NCBI GenBank assembly: GCA_027002995.1
Contig: JALWZB010000052.1
Span: 196-64,195, forward strand
Direction: 5' to 3'
Length of the DNA: 64,000 bases
Source of the DNA: Desulfurococcales archaeon
GTDB taxonomy: Archaea; Thermoproteota; Thermoprotei_A; Sulfolobales; NBVN01
Part shown: one piece after another, positions 28,133 through 36,930 of the stretch
Layout: the number at the start of each line of letters is the position of its first letter
Numbering within the stretch: position 1 is the first letter of the stretch
Position numbers and translations under genes: made by a program
The notes under the pieces: generated by a model
Database searches by the model: none
What the model was told of the DNA's origin: nothing
The model's input: the letters and a program-made list of their open reading frames with translations, nothing else

Positions 28133-28783
28133 GTGGAGGTGCTGAATGACATGAGGCTTATCAAGGGTAGGAGCCCTGTACTCATAGCGATGCTTGCAGT
28201 AGTGGCGGTAGCGATAGCTGGGTACTCAGTTAACTCCGCATTACTGCCAGTACCTCCAAGCCTTATGGGATACTATTATTACTACACGACAACGTACTAT
28301 TACACAACAACTATAACAACAACCACAACCGCGACCGCAACTACCACTTCGTCAGTACCAATAACCACGACCGTAACAGTACCGGTAACGGTCACTAGGA
28401 CAAACTATGTAACGACCACAATAACAACCTCATATCCCGTCATAACAACAGTAACGTCTGTCGAAACCATAACTTCACCAACTAAAACCTACATAACGAA
28501 GACTATGACTAAAACTAACTACATAACCGTAACCACCGTAACCACAATGCCAGTAACGCGTGTAAGCACAACAACGACAACATCACCAGTAACCATAACC
28601 TCCTCAGGAACTGTGACGAAAACCTTAGTGAGCACAGCAACGACTACATCCCAAGTCACTAAGACCGTCACTAGCGTTGCTGGCCCACCAGCCTTCACAC
28701 CACTTGACGCTGGTCTAATAGTAGCCCTTGTCGTGGTGTTAATAGCCCTCTTCGCCATAGCTCGTAGGAGACCCGCCACGTAA
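28133..28783 (+). CDS. Thr-rich, membrane-anchored surface protein
   Basis: N-terminal signal/anchor LIAMLAVVAVAIAG, long Thr/Val/Tyr-rich core, C-terminal TM plus basic stop-transfer (GLIVALVVVLIALFAIARRRP); the start is possibly ATG 28151. Confidence 0.75.
   Translation: MEVLNDMRLIKGRSPVLIAMLAVVAVAIAGYSVNSALLPVPPSLMGYYYYYTTTYYYTTTITTTTTATATTTSSVPITTTVTVPVTVTRTNYVTTTITTSYPVITTVTSVETITSPTKTYITKTMTKTNYITVTTVTTMPVTRVSTTTTTSPVTITSSGTVTKTLVSTATTTSQVTKTVTSVAGPPAFTPLDAGLIVALVVVLIALFAIARRRPAT
28271..28675 (+). repeat. low-complexity Thr-codon (ACN) rich coding tract
   Basis: YYYYTTTYYYTTTITTTTTATATTTSS...TTTTTSPVTITSSGTVTKT; no exact tandem period seen. Confidence 0.75.
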
Positions 28784-28910
28784 TTGCTTAGTTTTTAACC
28801 TGACCTCTTAACGTGATGATGATATCGTTATTTTCCTTAAATAACTCAGATACTTAAGCATATCATATCCCTGAGTCCCTTACACGAGCGCTTGGCCCGG
28901 TGACTGAGGT

Positions 28911-29591
28911 ATGGATGAAGCTAGAGAAACAAATGCCGTCCCGACCCACCTCCTCCTCACGACCATCTTAGCACCTATGTTTCCCGTAAGCGTCATTACA
29001 GCCGGTTACGTTGCATACGTTTCATGGAGGCGACGTGACCTTGCCTTCCTTGTTGGGTCGATCGCTTGCGTTGTGCTAGCTGCTCTCAGGAACGTGTTTG
29101 TCGGTGCAGTAGCCGCTACGTCCGTGGCCATGCTTTACTATATTATTAATAGGAGGCTACCTAAGGGTGTTGAGGTAATTCTGTGGATTGCGGCTTGTCT
29201 ATCGCTCACATCCACTTACTTCATGAGGGGTGCATGGGGGCTTCCAGAGTATGTAGCTGGGTTTAGAGCGTGGTGGTCTGGGTCGGCTGGCCAGTCTTCA
29301 CTGGTACCAGCTCATTTTGTCTTAGCGTTCACATCGTTGTCAGTAGCGTATACCTCAGGGCTTAGGGTTAGGGGTGGGAGGTTAGGGATTCTCGCTAATT
29401 ATCTGAGGGAGAATCCGGGTGCTGTACCGGTTATTGCGTTCATGGTGTTGCTTATAATGGCTGCAGGGTGGCTTGCGCTGGGATTAGAGGGAACTGCGAA
29501 TAAGGCGGCAGAGCTTGCGTACTACTTCCTAGTTGCTGGAGTCGCGCTTCAACTTTACGCAACCCTTAAGGAGGGTGAGGCGGAGGATTGA
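28911..29591 (+). CDS. integral membrane protein (226 aa), unknown function
   Basis: ORF with multiple hydrophobic segments; its stop overlaps the start of the next ORF. Confidence 0.65.
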   Translation: MDEARETNAVPTHLLLTTILAPMFPVSVITAGYVAYVSWRRRDLAFLVGSIACVVLAALRNVFVGAVAATSVAMLYYIINRRLPKGVEVILWIAACLSLTSTYFMRGAWGLPEYVAGFRAWWSGSAGQSSLVPAHFVLAFTSLSVAYTSGLRVRGGRLGILANYLRENPGAVPVIAFMVLLIMAAGWLALGLEGTANKAAELAYYFLVAGVALQLYATLKEGEAED

Positions 29592-31153
29592 GTTACTTCA
29601 GTCTCCACAACATACTTCGAGGAATTATTAGGACCCTAGCTGAGCATCCTAGATCTGCTGGGTTTGGGGTAGCCTTAATCTTAGGAGCGTGTGTATCCCT
29701 CGCCTTTAGCGGGCCACATCCATTCGTAGTTGTTCAGAGAGTTTCGGTTCCCTACGGCCTTAGAGTTGAGGGTGTTTGGGTGACGGCCTTAATAGCGTCT
29801 TGGGTAGCTATGGTTGCGGGTGCGGCTCCGTTCCTTAGAATTAAGTCAATACTTGGGTATTGGGTGACCCTTGCCTACCTCGTATTCATAGTCGGGTTTA
29901 TTGGTGGTGTGACAGCGTTAAGTGGTGGGCGTTGGCTTGCGTACGTTCTCCTGTCATTGTATGTTGCGGGCATGCCTTCCGCTAAGGTATGGTACGTTAC
30001 CTTGGCTGTGTGTACTGGGTTGTTAGTTGCTTCATTACTAAGGCAGGTTAGGAGGCTTAAGTGGAGCTGGTTGCTTAGGGTTAAGGTATTAGGTAATATA
30101 GATAGTAATTCCTTAACACTTGGTGAGGCGGTTACTGCTTGGCTGGTTGCTTTCATAGTGCTTATGGCTCCTTATTACCCATGGCTGAATCCTAGGGGTG
30201 TGTTAGTGGATGTTGATCATATTTACTATTGGCGCTGGCTACGGAGCACTGACTGGGGCAACATAACAGTTAGGTTACTGGAGTTCAATCAAGGTGATAG
30301 ACCACTCTTCGTGGGGTTCGTCTTCCTGATAACTAGGCTTATTCCGTTCAGGGTATTCGACGTGCTCTACACAGCTGGTGCTGGTGCCTTAGTGACGGTG
30401 CTTGCGGAAGGCGTTTGTAGGAGGGTGGGGATCGGGAAGTGGTTTGGGTTCATGGCTGCACTCCTTGCCTCTGTTCCCCTTTACTTCGTCTTTGGCGGTT
30501 ACCACGCTAACCTCGCGGCAATGTGCTTAGCGTTAGCTACCCTTTATTGGCGGCTTGGATGGCGTGAAAGTTCCGTGAAGCTCCGTAGGCTTGCATTGCT
30601 TGGGGCAGCATCCCTAGCTGTAGCAGCTACCCACTCAGAAGCCTGGGTACTGTATACGCCACTCTTCCTTCTAGACGTCCCCACCTTCATTACGTGGGTC
30701 GTTAGCGGTTCCTCGTGGTTAGTGGCAAGGGAGTTGCTAGTATCCCCGAGGTATGCGGTGCTAGCGGGCAAGTTATTGGCTAGTGGCGCACCAACAATAA
30801 CTCAGTTGGACTTCCAGCTAATAATCATGCTTTGGGGGGTTCCAGCAACATGGCTAACTTATTTATTGGCAACGGCCGGGGGCATTAGGGTATGGAGAGA
30901 GGGAGAGTTAAGCAAATACTTACCATTCTTAACCTCGACCGCATTAACGCTTGTCCCGCTACTCACCCTAACCCCTCGATACATGGTTCATAGAGTACTC
31001 ATGAACACCGCGTACTGGTTGTTCGTAGCTTACGCGTTAAGTCAGGCATGGGGATCGAGAAAGTGGAGGTGGGTAATTCCGCTGTATGTTGGACTCCAGT
31101 GGCTGTACGTTGCTTGGCTCTTAAGTAATGCTGTACCTTCTAAGTTACCATGA
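29588..31153 (+). CDS. large polytopic membrane protein, possibly a GT-C-type glycosyltransferase or glycan polymerase
   Basis: 521-aa ORF (TTG start within TTGA overlap); more than 10 hydrophobic segments; acidic loop VLVDVDHIYYWRW after the early TMs. Confidence 0.6.
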   Translation: MSYFSLHNILRGIIRTLAEHPRSAGFGVALILGACVSLAFSGPHPFVVVQRVSVPYGLRVEGVWVTALIASWVAMVAGAAPFLRIKSILGYWVTLAYLVFIVGFIGGVTALSGGRWLAYVLLSLYVAGMPSAKVWYVTLAVCTGLLVASLLRQVRRLKWSWLLRVKVLGNIDSNSLTLGEAVTAWLVAFIVLMAPYYPWLNPRGVLVDVDHIYYWRWLRSTDWGNITVRLLEFNQGDRPLFVGFVFLITRLIPFRVFDVLYTAGAGALVTVLAEGVCRRVGIGKWFGFMAALLASVPLYFVFGGYHANLAAMCLALATLYWRLGWRESSVKLRRLALLGAASLAVAATHSEAWVLYTPLFLLDVPTFITWVVSGSSWLVARELLVSPRYAVLAGKLLASGAPTITQLDFQLIIMLWGVPATWLTYLLATAGGIRVWREGELSKYLPFLTSTALTLVPLLTLTPRYMVHRVLMNTAYWLFVAYALSQAWGSRKWRWVIPLYVGLQWLYVAWLLSNAVPSKLP

Positions 31154-31239
31154 TGAGAGCCTATAAGGAAGCGTCATCCTTTAATAATCCCACCCTTAAT
31201 ATTTCTCTTTGAATAAGTTCTGAGGAGGAGGGACAGGGA

Positions 31240-31566
31240 GTGAGTAAAGATCAAGTAGTTGGGGCTGGCTTAGTTGCGGTTTCCATAGCTGTAATCGTGG
31301 TTTACGTGTGGCTCGTGTTTTTCCCTCCATGGGCTGGGATTGACTTAATTGTGCTGAAGTTAACCGGGGCAATAGCGGTTGCAGGAGTCTTCGGGATCCT
31401 AGCGTGGATAGGGTACACCCTAGCAACCACGCCTCCGCCGAAACCCATTGAGGAGATTGAGAAGGAGCTGGAGGAGGAGCTGAAGAGGCTGGAGAAGGAG
31501 TTAGAAAGTGGTGAAAGCACGTCAACACCCCCTACTGGGCAGGCAGGTGGTGAGGAGGGAAAGTAA
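31240..31566 (+). CDS. small two-TM protein with acidic coiled-coil tail
   Basis: 108-aa ORF; two hydrophobic segments, then PPPKPIEEIEKELEEELKRLEKELESGE. Confidence 0.55.
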   Translation: MSKDQVVGAGLVAVSIAVIVVYVWLVFFPPWAGIDLIVLKLTGAIAVAGVFGILAWIGYTLATTPPPKPIEEIEKELEEELKRLEKELESGESTSTPPTGQAGGEEGK

Positions 31567-31803
31567 GCCCTTAATGTTCCCCTACCACTTTTTCGGTGTC
31601 TCCATAACCTTTAGGTTTACTGAGGAGGGGCATTGATTAGGTGATTACCTAGTAATGTTACCTTAACTAACGAGCATGAAACTAGCGTAGAAGCTCACAA
31701 GAGGTCTTTTGGAAGAACTCGAAGTGAGTGCACCACGGTGTCCATAAGGGAGCAAGTTAAACTATAATTCCACTCCACTAGAATGAATGGAGGCTGAATT
31801 CGC

Positions 31804-32418
31804 GTGAGTGGGTCTGGGAAGAGCAGGTCTTACTTTGTACACCCTACTGCCATCGTTGAGGAGGGAGCTGAGATAGGTGAGGGGACGAGGATATGGCACT
31901 TTGCACATGTACGCACGGGCGCTAAGATAGGGAGGAACTGTAACATAGGTAAGGGCGTGTACATTGATGTTGGTGTCGAGATAGGTGATAGGGTAAAGAT
32001 ACAGAACTTCGTCTCCGTCTACAGGGGAGTTAAGGTTGAGGACGATGTTTTCCTCGGCCCGCACGCCACGCTCACGAACGACCTGTATCCGAGGTCTTTC
32101 AATGAGGATTGGGAGGTCGTGCCGACTCTGATTAAGAAGGGTGCGTCCATAGGTGCGAATGCGACGATCGTGTGTGGTGTGACTATAGGGGAGTATGCGA
32201 TGGTTGGTGCTGGGGCGGTCGTCACTAGGGACGTGCCTCCGCACGCCCTAGTTTACGGGAATCCTGCACGTGTTAGGGGTTTCGTGTGTTACTGTGGTAG
32301 ACCGTTAGACTTGAGTAAGCCTGTTAAGGAGGATGAGGAGGCGGTGACGTTCAGGTGCACGCACTGCGGGAAGGAGGTGAGGATACCTAGGAAGCACCTA
32401 GCACTCCTTGAGAGGTAG
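31804..32418 (+). CDS. sugar N-acetyltransferase, left-handed beta-helix (WbpD/WlbB-like) with C-terminal zinc ribbon
   Basis: 204-aa ORF; hexapeptide repeats ([45 protein letters not shown]), GNPARVRGF, then CYCG...CTHCG. Confidence 0.85.
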   Translation: MSGSGKSRSYFVHPTAIVEEGAEIGEGTRIWHFAHVRTGAKIGRNCNIGKGVYIDVGVEIGDRVKIQNFVSVYRGVKVEDDVFLGPHATLTNDLYPRSFNEDWEVVPTLIKKGASIGANATIVCGVTIGEYAMVGAGAVVTRDVPPHALVYGNPARVRGFVCYCGRPLDLSKPVKEDEEAVTFRCTHCGKEVRIPRKHLALLER

Positions 32419-32424
32419 TGAGTA

Positions 32425-33366
32425 GTGAGGGTAGTTGTCACTGGCGGTGCTGGTTTCATAGGGCACCACATAGTTGCGAAGTTAGTGGGGCGAGGTCATG
32501 AGGTAGCCGTTATAGACAACCTTTCAAGACCCTCTCCGGGAGGGTTAGCGATACTCAAGCAACTCAACGTAGACCTGCTTAAGGTAGACATAACGGACTA
32601 CGCCGCAATGCTTGAAGCCCTAAACCGCTTGAGGCCCGACGCGGTAGTGCATTCGGCCGCATTAATAGATGTTGCTGAGAGCGTTGAGAAGCCGCACACG
32701 TACATGCACGTCAACGCGGAAGGAACGGCCGCGGTGGCTAGGGCCGCAATTAGCGCTGGCGTAGAGAAGGTGATCTACCTGAGTTCGGCCGCGGTGTACG
32801 GTGTCCCGAAGTACCTACCCATAAATGAGGAGCACCCGACGAAGCCAATATCACCTTACGGAGCTTCGAAGCTCGCGGGGGAGCTCGTCCTCGAGAGCTT
32901 TATGGAAAGCTTGGGGAAGCCTAAATACGTTATCTTACGCTTATTCAACGTGTACGGTCCGGGGCAAAATCCCTCAAGCCCTTACTCTGGAGTCATAACG
33001 AAGTTCATCCACGCAGTGACGAGCGGGAAGGAAATAGTAATATATGGTGACGGTGAGCAGAGCCGGGACTTCATACATGTTGAGGATGTGGTGGAGGCGG
33101 TGATTAAGGCGCTAACCGCTACTGAAGCGTGCGTAACCCTAAACATAGGGACGGGAATGAGAACGACTATCAACGAGCTAGCTAAGTTGGTAATGAGCGT
33201 GGCGGGGAGGGAGGTTCCGGTTAGGCACGCCCCGCCCAGGAAGGGTGACATAAGGCACAGTGTCGCGTCGGTGGAGAGGGCCAGGAAGGTATTGGGGTGG
33301 GAGCCTAGGATAGGGCTTGTTGAGGGGCTAAGGACGCTTCTCAAGGTCACCGACACCCAGCACTAG
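32425..33366 (+). CDS. NAD-dependent nucleotide-sugar epimerase/dehydratase (GalE-like SDR)
   Basis: 313-aa ORF; VVVTGGAGFIGHH Rossmann motif, catalytic YGASK. Confidence 0.9.
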   Translation: MRVVVTGGAGFIGHHIVAKLVGRGHEVAVIDNLSRPSPGGLAILKQLNVDLLKVDITDYAAMLEALNRLRPDAVVHSAALIDVAESVEKPHTYMHVNAEGTAAVARAAISAGVEKVIYLSSAAVYGVPKYLPINEEHPTKPISPYGASKLAGELVLESFMESLGKPKYVILRLFNVYGPGQNPSSPYSGVITKFIHAVTSGKEIVIYGDGEQSRDFIHVEDVVEAVIKALTATEACVTLNIGTGMRTTINELAKLVMSVAGREVPVRHAPPRKGDIRHSVASVERARKVLGWEPRIGLVEGLRTLLKVTDTQH

Positions 33367-34722
33367 TAGCCTGCCCTCAACGCTGTAGCTAACATCGTCG
33401 TGGAGCACATTAACGGCGTCAACGATCAGTGGCTCACGCCCGGAGAACTCGGTTATGCTGGACACCTTAAGCCCCCTGTAAGCTGAGTGCCTAACACATA
33501 CGATTACCAGTAATGAGTCCTTGAGGGCCTCACGTAGGTTGTTGGTTAAGCCCACACCTAACTCACTAAAGTAGTCATCCTTAGCCACGAGTGGGTCGTG
33601 CACGATAATGTCCCTATACCCCTTACTGAGGAGGGCGGAAACCACGCCATGTGTCGGTGATAAGCGTGGGTCGTCGATGTTCCCTCTGAAGGCATCGCCA
33701 AGGACAGCTACCCGCACATCCCTAGGCTTCAGTCCATGCTTAACCACAAGCCTGTGGGCTAAGTCAGCGACGATCGAGGGCATGGACTCGTTAATGATTC
33801 TAGCAAGCCTCGTTAACTCCATCGGGACCCCAACCTTCATTGCCTCACCCATCAGGAAGTATGGATACGAGGGTATGCACGGCCCACCCACGCCGGGGCC
33901 TGGCAGGAGTAGGTGGCAGTAAGGCTGAGTGTTAGCTGCCTCCATAACCTCGTAGTAGTTAACGCCTAGTGCTTGGGCCGCTAAGGCAAGCTCATTAGAA
34001 AGCGCTATCACTACGTCCCTATACACCCCCTCAGCAAGCTTCTCGAACTCCGCCGCGATCGTCGAGGAAAGCCTCACGACGCCCTTACGAGCGACTAGCG
34101 AGTAGAGGCGCGCTACCGCGTCAAGGCTGTGGGGACCAATTCCAGCCACGATCTTGGGGTAGTTCTCCTCAATGTCCCTTAAAGCTCTGCCAACGTAAAC
34201 GCGCTCCGGACTGTAGGCGAGGAGAAAGTCCTCCTCAGCTCTTAACCCACTTATGGATTCAAGGACCGGTCTAGCGACACGCTCAGTAGTGCCTGGCGGT
34301 GCGCTGGACTCGATCACCACTAGGTCTCCGGCGCTTAGCCCCTCACCCACGGATGTTACTGCGTCAATGAAAGCATCGAACCTCACAGTCCTGTGGCTCC
34401 AGTCGAAGTGTATAGGGACCGTAACTACCTTAACCCTTGATTGACGGGACGCCTCGACAGCATCACTCGTTAATTTCAAGGTACCTACCTTAAGACCTTC
34501 AGCAATAGCCTCCCTGACCTCTGCTTCAAAGAACTTCACACGGCCCTCTCGAATGTCATTTAGCTTACTCCTATCAATATCGACGCCGATTACCCGCAGA
34601 CCACGTCTGAGGAAAGCCGCGGTTAATGCCCTGCCGACGTACCCCATGCCGTAAATAGCTATCCACGCCTCCCCACTAATGACTGCGTCCACCGGGTCAC
34701 GGTTGCTTACGCTCAATATCAA
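33328..34722 (-). CDS. UDP-sugar 6-dehydrogenase family (UDP-glucose / UDP-N-acetylhexosamine dehydrogenase)
   Basis: 464-aa ORF; IAIYGMGYVGRALT, GPGVGGPCIP catalytic Cys region. Confidence 0.88.
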   Translation of the reverse strand: MILSVSNRDPVDAVISGEAWIAIYGMGYVGRALTAAFLRRGLRVIGVDIDRSKLNDIREGRVKFFEAEVREAIAEGLKVGTLKLTSDAVEASRQSRVKVVTVPIHFDWSHRTVRFDAFIDAVTSVGEGLSAGDLVVIESSAPPGTTERVARPVLESISGLRAEEDFLLAYSPERVYVGRALRDIEENYPKIVAGIGPHSLDAVARLYSLVARKGVVRLSSTIAAEFEKLAEGVYRDVVIALSNELALAAQALGVNYYEVMEAANTQPYCHLLLPGPGVGGPCIPSYPYFLMGEAMKVGVPMELTRLARIINESMPSIVADLAHRLVVKHGLKPRDVRVAVLGDAFRGNIDDPRLSPTHGVVSALLSKGYRDIIVHDPLVAKDDYFSELGVGLTNNLREALKDSLLVIVCVRHSAYRGLKVSSITEFSGREPLIVDAVNVLHDDVSYSVEGRLLVLGVGDLEKRP

Positions 34723-34815
34723 CTCCTCAAGAGGTGGTTGCTCAACCCAAATTAACGTTGGCGGGGAACCTCATCCTTTTAAGTAAAGTGTCTAAGTAGG
34801 TTAGGGTCGGTAGCC

Positions 34816-35361
34816 ATGAAGTGCATAGAGAAAGGCTTAGTCGCGTGGTTCACGGGGCTCCCCGCAAGCGGTAAGACGACCGTGGCTTCCCTAGTTAAGG
34901 AGGAGTTAAGTAAGGCGGGGTATAGGGTGGAGCTCCTAGACGGGGACTGGGTCAGGAAAACAATAAACGTTGGGGCCGGCTTCACGAAGGAGGAGAGGGA
35001 ACGCCACCTCCTCAGGGTCGCATGGATAGCGAGGCTACTAGCGAGGAACGGCGTGATAGTTCTATGTAGCTTCGTGTCGCCCTACAGGGACGTGAGGAAG
35101 AAAATCAAGGACATTATAGCTGAGGAGGTCCCCTTCCTGGAAATCTGGGTTAAGTGTAGTGTCGAGGAATGCATAAGAAGGGATCCGAAGGGGCTCTACA
35201 AGAAGGCCTTGAAAGGGGAGATACAGCACTTCACAGGCATAAGCGACCCATACGAACCGCCGGAGAACCCTGACTTAGTAATAGACACTGAGCACGATCC
35301 GCCAGAGAAGAATAAGGAGGCTGTGCTCAACCTACTTAGGAAGCACGGGATCGAGATTTAA
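34816..35361 (+). CDS. cysC: adenylylsulfate (APS) kinase
   Basis: 181-aa ORF; WFTGLPASGKTTVA P-loop, LDGDWVRK, SFVSPYRDVR. Confidence 0.93.
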   Translation: MKCIEKGLVAWFTGLPASGKTTVASLVKEELSKAGYRVELLDGDWVRKTINVGAGFTKEERERHLLRVAWIARLLARNGVIVLCSFVSPYRDVRKKIKDIIAEEVPFLEIWVKCSVEECIRRDPKGLYKKALKGEIQHFTGISDPYEPPENPDLVIDTEHDPPEKNKEAVLNLLRKHGIEI

Positions 35362-35432
35362 GTCCGGGGCAATGTTTTCTTGACCGCTTCTTCAGGCATC
35401 CCGTACATGAGCCTTCTCCGCGACATTAAGAG

Positions 35433-35448
35433 TAATTATTTTTAATTA
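35433..35448 (+). promoter_or_regulatory. AT-rich palindromic 16-mer upstream of TSUP-1 (copy 1)
   Basis: TAATTATTTTTAATTA, followed by two ATAATTAT copies (35452-35459, 35462-35469); 14 of 16 identical to 36627-36642. Confidence 0.35.
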
Positions 35449-36255
35449 GTGATAATTATAGATAATTATGGGGAGAGAATGCTGTTAGAGCCAGTATCGC
35501 TAGCGTGGACCGCGACCCTAATCACCTTAGCACTAGTGACACAGTACGTCAGTGGCGTCATAGGGATGGGGTACGGGACAATCTTAACGCCAGTACTCAT
35601 ACTTCTAGGGGTTGACCCGCTCAACGCTATTTCTTCGGTAGTTGCTTCCCAGCTAGCGGGGAACTCTGTGCTCTCCCTTATGCATCATAGGTTTGGGAAC
35701 GCCGACCTAAGGCCGGGAGGCGAGGAATCGAGGCGAGCCATAATACTGGGGGTCTCAGGGATAGTGGGTCCGCTTGTTGCTGTGATCCTTATGCTACACA
35801 TGCCGGTGAACTTGCTTAAGGCCTACGTAGCCATCTTAATGCTATCCATGAGCGCTCTGGTCGTGTTGAGCAGGAGGGTCAGGGTTAAGTACTCGACTAA
35901 GAAGCTTTTCCTCATAGCCGCTATTGCCAGTTTCAACAAGGGATTAACTGGTGGTGGGTACGGCCCCGTAGTGACTGCTGGGCAACTAATACTGGGGGTT
36001 GATCCGAAGTCGGCAGTTGCTGTCACGTCTATGGCAGAATTCATAACTGAGGTAACCGCAGTTACCCTGTATGGGCTTGCCGGGCTACTTAATCCAGCAC
36101 TCATAGCGCCGATGACCGCCGGAACAGTGCTGAGCGCGCCGTTGGTAGCCAAGACCGTTAAGGTCGCGCCAAACACGACTTTAAGGAAGGTCATAGCGGC
36201 AGGCATGACTTTCCTGGCCTTAGCCGTGCTCGTAAAGGCACTCACCGTAGTGTGA
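35449..36255 (+). CDS. TSUP (TauE/SafE, DUF81) family anion permease
   Basis: Polytopic ORF; two-repeat TSUP topology and Gly-rich TM1 (VSGVIGMGYGTILTPVL); the likely real start is ATG 35479 (MLLEPV). Confidence 0.78.
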   Translation: MIIIDNYGERMLLEPVSLAWTATLITLALVTQYVSGVIGMGYGTILTPVLILLGVDPLNAISSVVASQLAGNSVLSLMHHRFGNADLRPGGEESRRAIILGVSGIVGPLVAVILMLHMPVNLLKAYVAILMLSMSALVVLSRRVRVKYSTKKLFLIAAIASFNKGLTGGGYGPVVTAGQLILGVDPKSAVAVTSMAEFITEVTAVTLYGLAGLLNPALIAPMTAGTVLSAPLVAKTVKVAPNTTLRKVIAAGMTFLALAVLVKALTVV

Positions 36256-36331
36256 GGAGTGCGTCTCCCAACATTAAGCTAGTACTGCGTGTTCATGCAA
36301 ACACTCTTATTGGGAGCAATTCCTCATTAGA

Positions 36332-36562
36332 TTGAGGGCTAATGAGATGGGTGAGGAAACCGTAAGTATTGAGATATCGAAGGAGCTCTATGAGAAGGTG
36401 AAGAAGTATATTGAGGAGAACGGGGGCTTCTCCTCAGTAAGGGAGTTCGTTGAGTTCGTCATTAACGAGGTACTCTCAACTGAGGAGGAAGCTGGTACTG
36501 GTTACACTAAGGAAGAGGAGGAGAAGGTTAAGGAGAGGCTCAGATCCTTAGGGTACCTGTGA
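36332..36562 (+). CDS. small ribbon-helix-helix (CopG-like) protein, paralog 1
   Basis: VSIEISKELYEKVKKYIEENGGFSSVREFVEFVINEVL, acidic linker, tail KERLRSLGYL; likely start ATG 36347. Confidence 0.68.
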   Translation: MRANEMGEETVSIEISKELYEKVKKYIEENGGFSSVREFVEFVINEVLSTEEEAGTGYTKEEEEKVKERLRSLGYL

Positions 36563-36626
36563 GGGCACGTAGTTAAAGTAATACGCTAGCTTTTTAGGAA
36601 TAACTTTCTGCTCAATTAATTACGGG

Positions 36627-36642
36627 TAATTATATTTAATTG
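36627..36642 (+). promoter_or_regulatory. AT-rich 16-mer upstream of RHH-2/sat (copy 2)
   Basis: TAATTATATTTAATTG, about 29 nt upstream of TTG 36671. Confidence 0.35.
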
Positions 36643-36670
36643 CTACTGCAACTTATTCCCGGGTGCCCAC

Positions 36671-36916
36671 TTGCCGGAGGGAGAGAGGAAAAGCGGTAGA
36701 AGCCGCTACACCACGGTCTCAATACCCGTGACGTTGTATAATAGGATAAAGAAACTCATAGAGGGTACGGGCTTCGCTAATGTTTCCCAGTTCGTTACCT
36801 ATGTACTCAGGGAAGTTGTTGTTGAGTATGAGAGGGCTCGTGAGGCTGAGGAGCCGTTCACCGAAGAGGAAAAGGAGAAGATTATTGAGAAGCTCCGTAG
36901 GTTAGGCTACATTTAA
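36671..36916 (+). CDS. small ribbon-helix-helix (CopG-like) protein, paralog 2
   Basis: TVSIPVTLYNRIKKLIEGTGFANVSQFVTYVLREVV, acidic linker, tail IEKLRRLGYI; 14 nt upstream of sat. Confidence 0.68.
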   Translation: MPEGERKSGRSRYTTVSIPVTLYNRIKKLIEGTGFANVSQFVTYVLREVVVEYERAREAEEPFTEEEKEKIIEKLRRLGYI

Positions 36917-36930
36917 GGAGGTGGTGCGGG

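Noticed and set aside
28813-28874. GTGATGA ... CTGA pair, a possible C/D sRNA downstream of the Thr-rich gene
   Set aside because: No D' or C' box at the required 12-nt spacings. The 7-mer preceding the 12-nt D guide (ACTTAAG) does not resemble UGAUGA.
36548-36916. C-terminal GYL and GYI of the RHH proteins as HbYX proteasome-docking motifs
   Set aside because: HbYX needs a hydrophobic residue before the Tyr, and here it is Gly. I kept only the observation that the tail is conserved.
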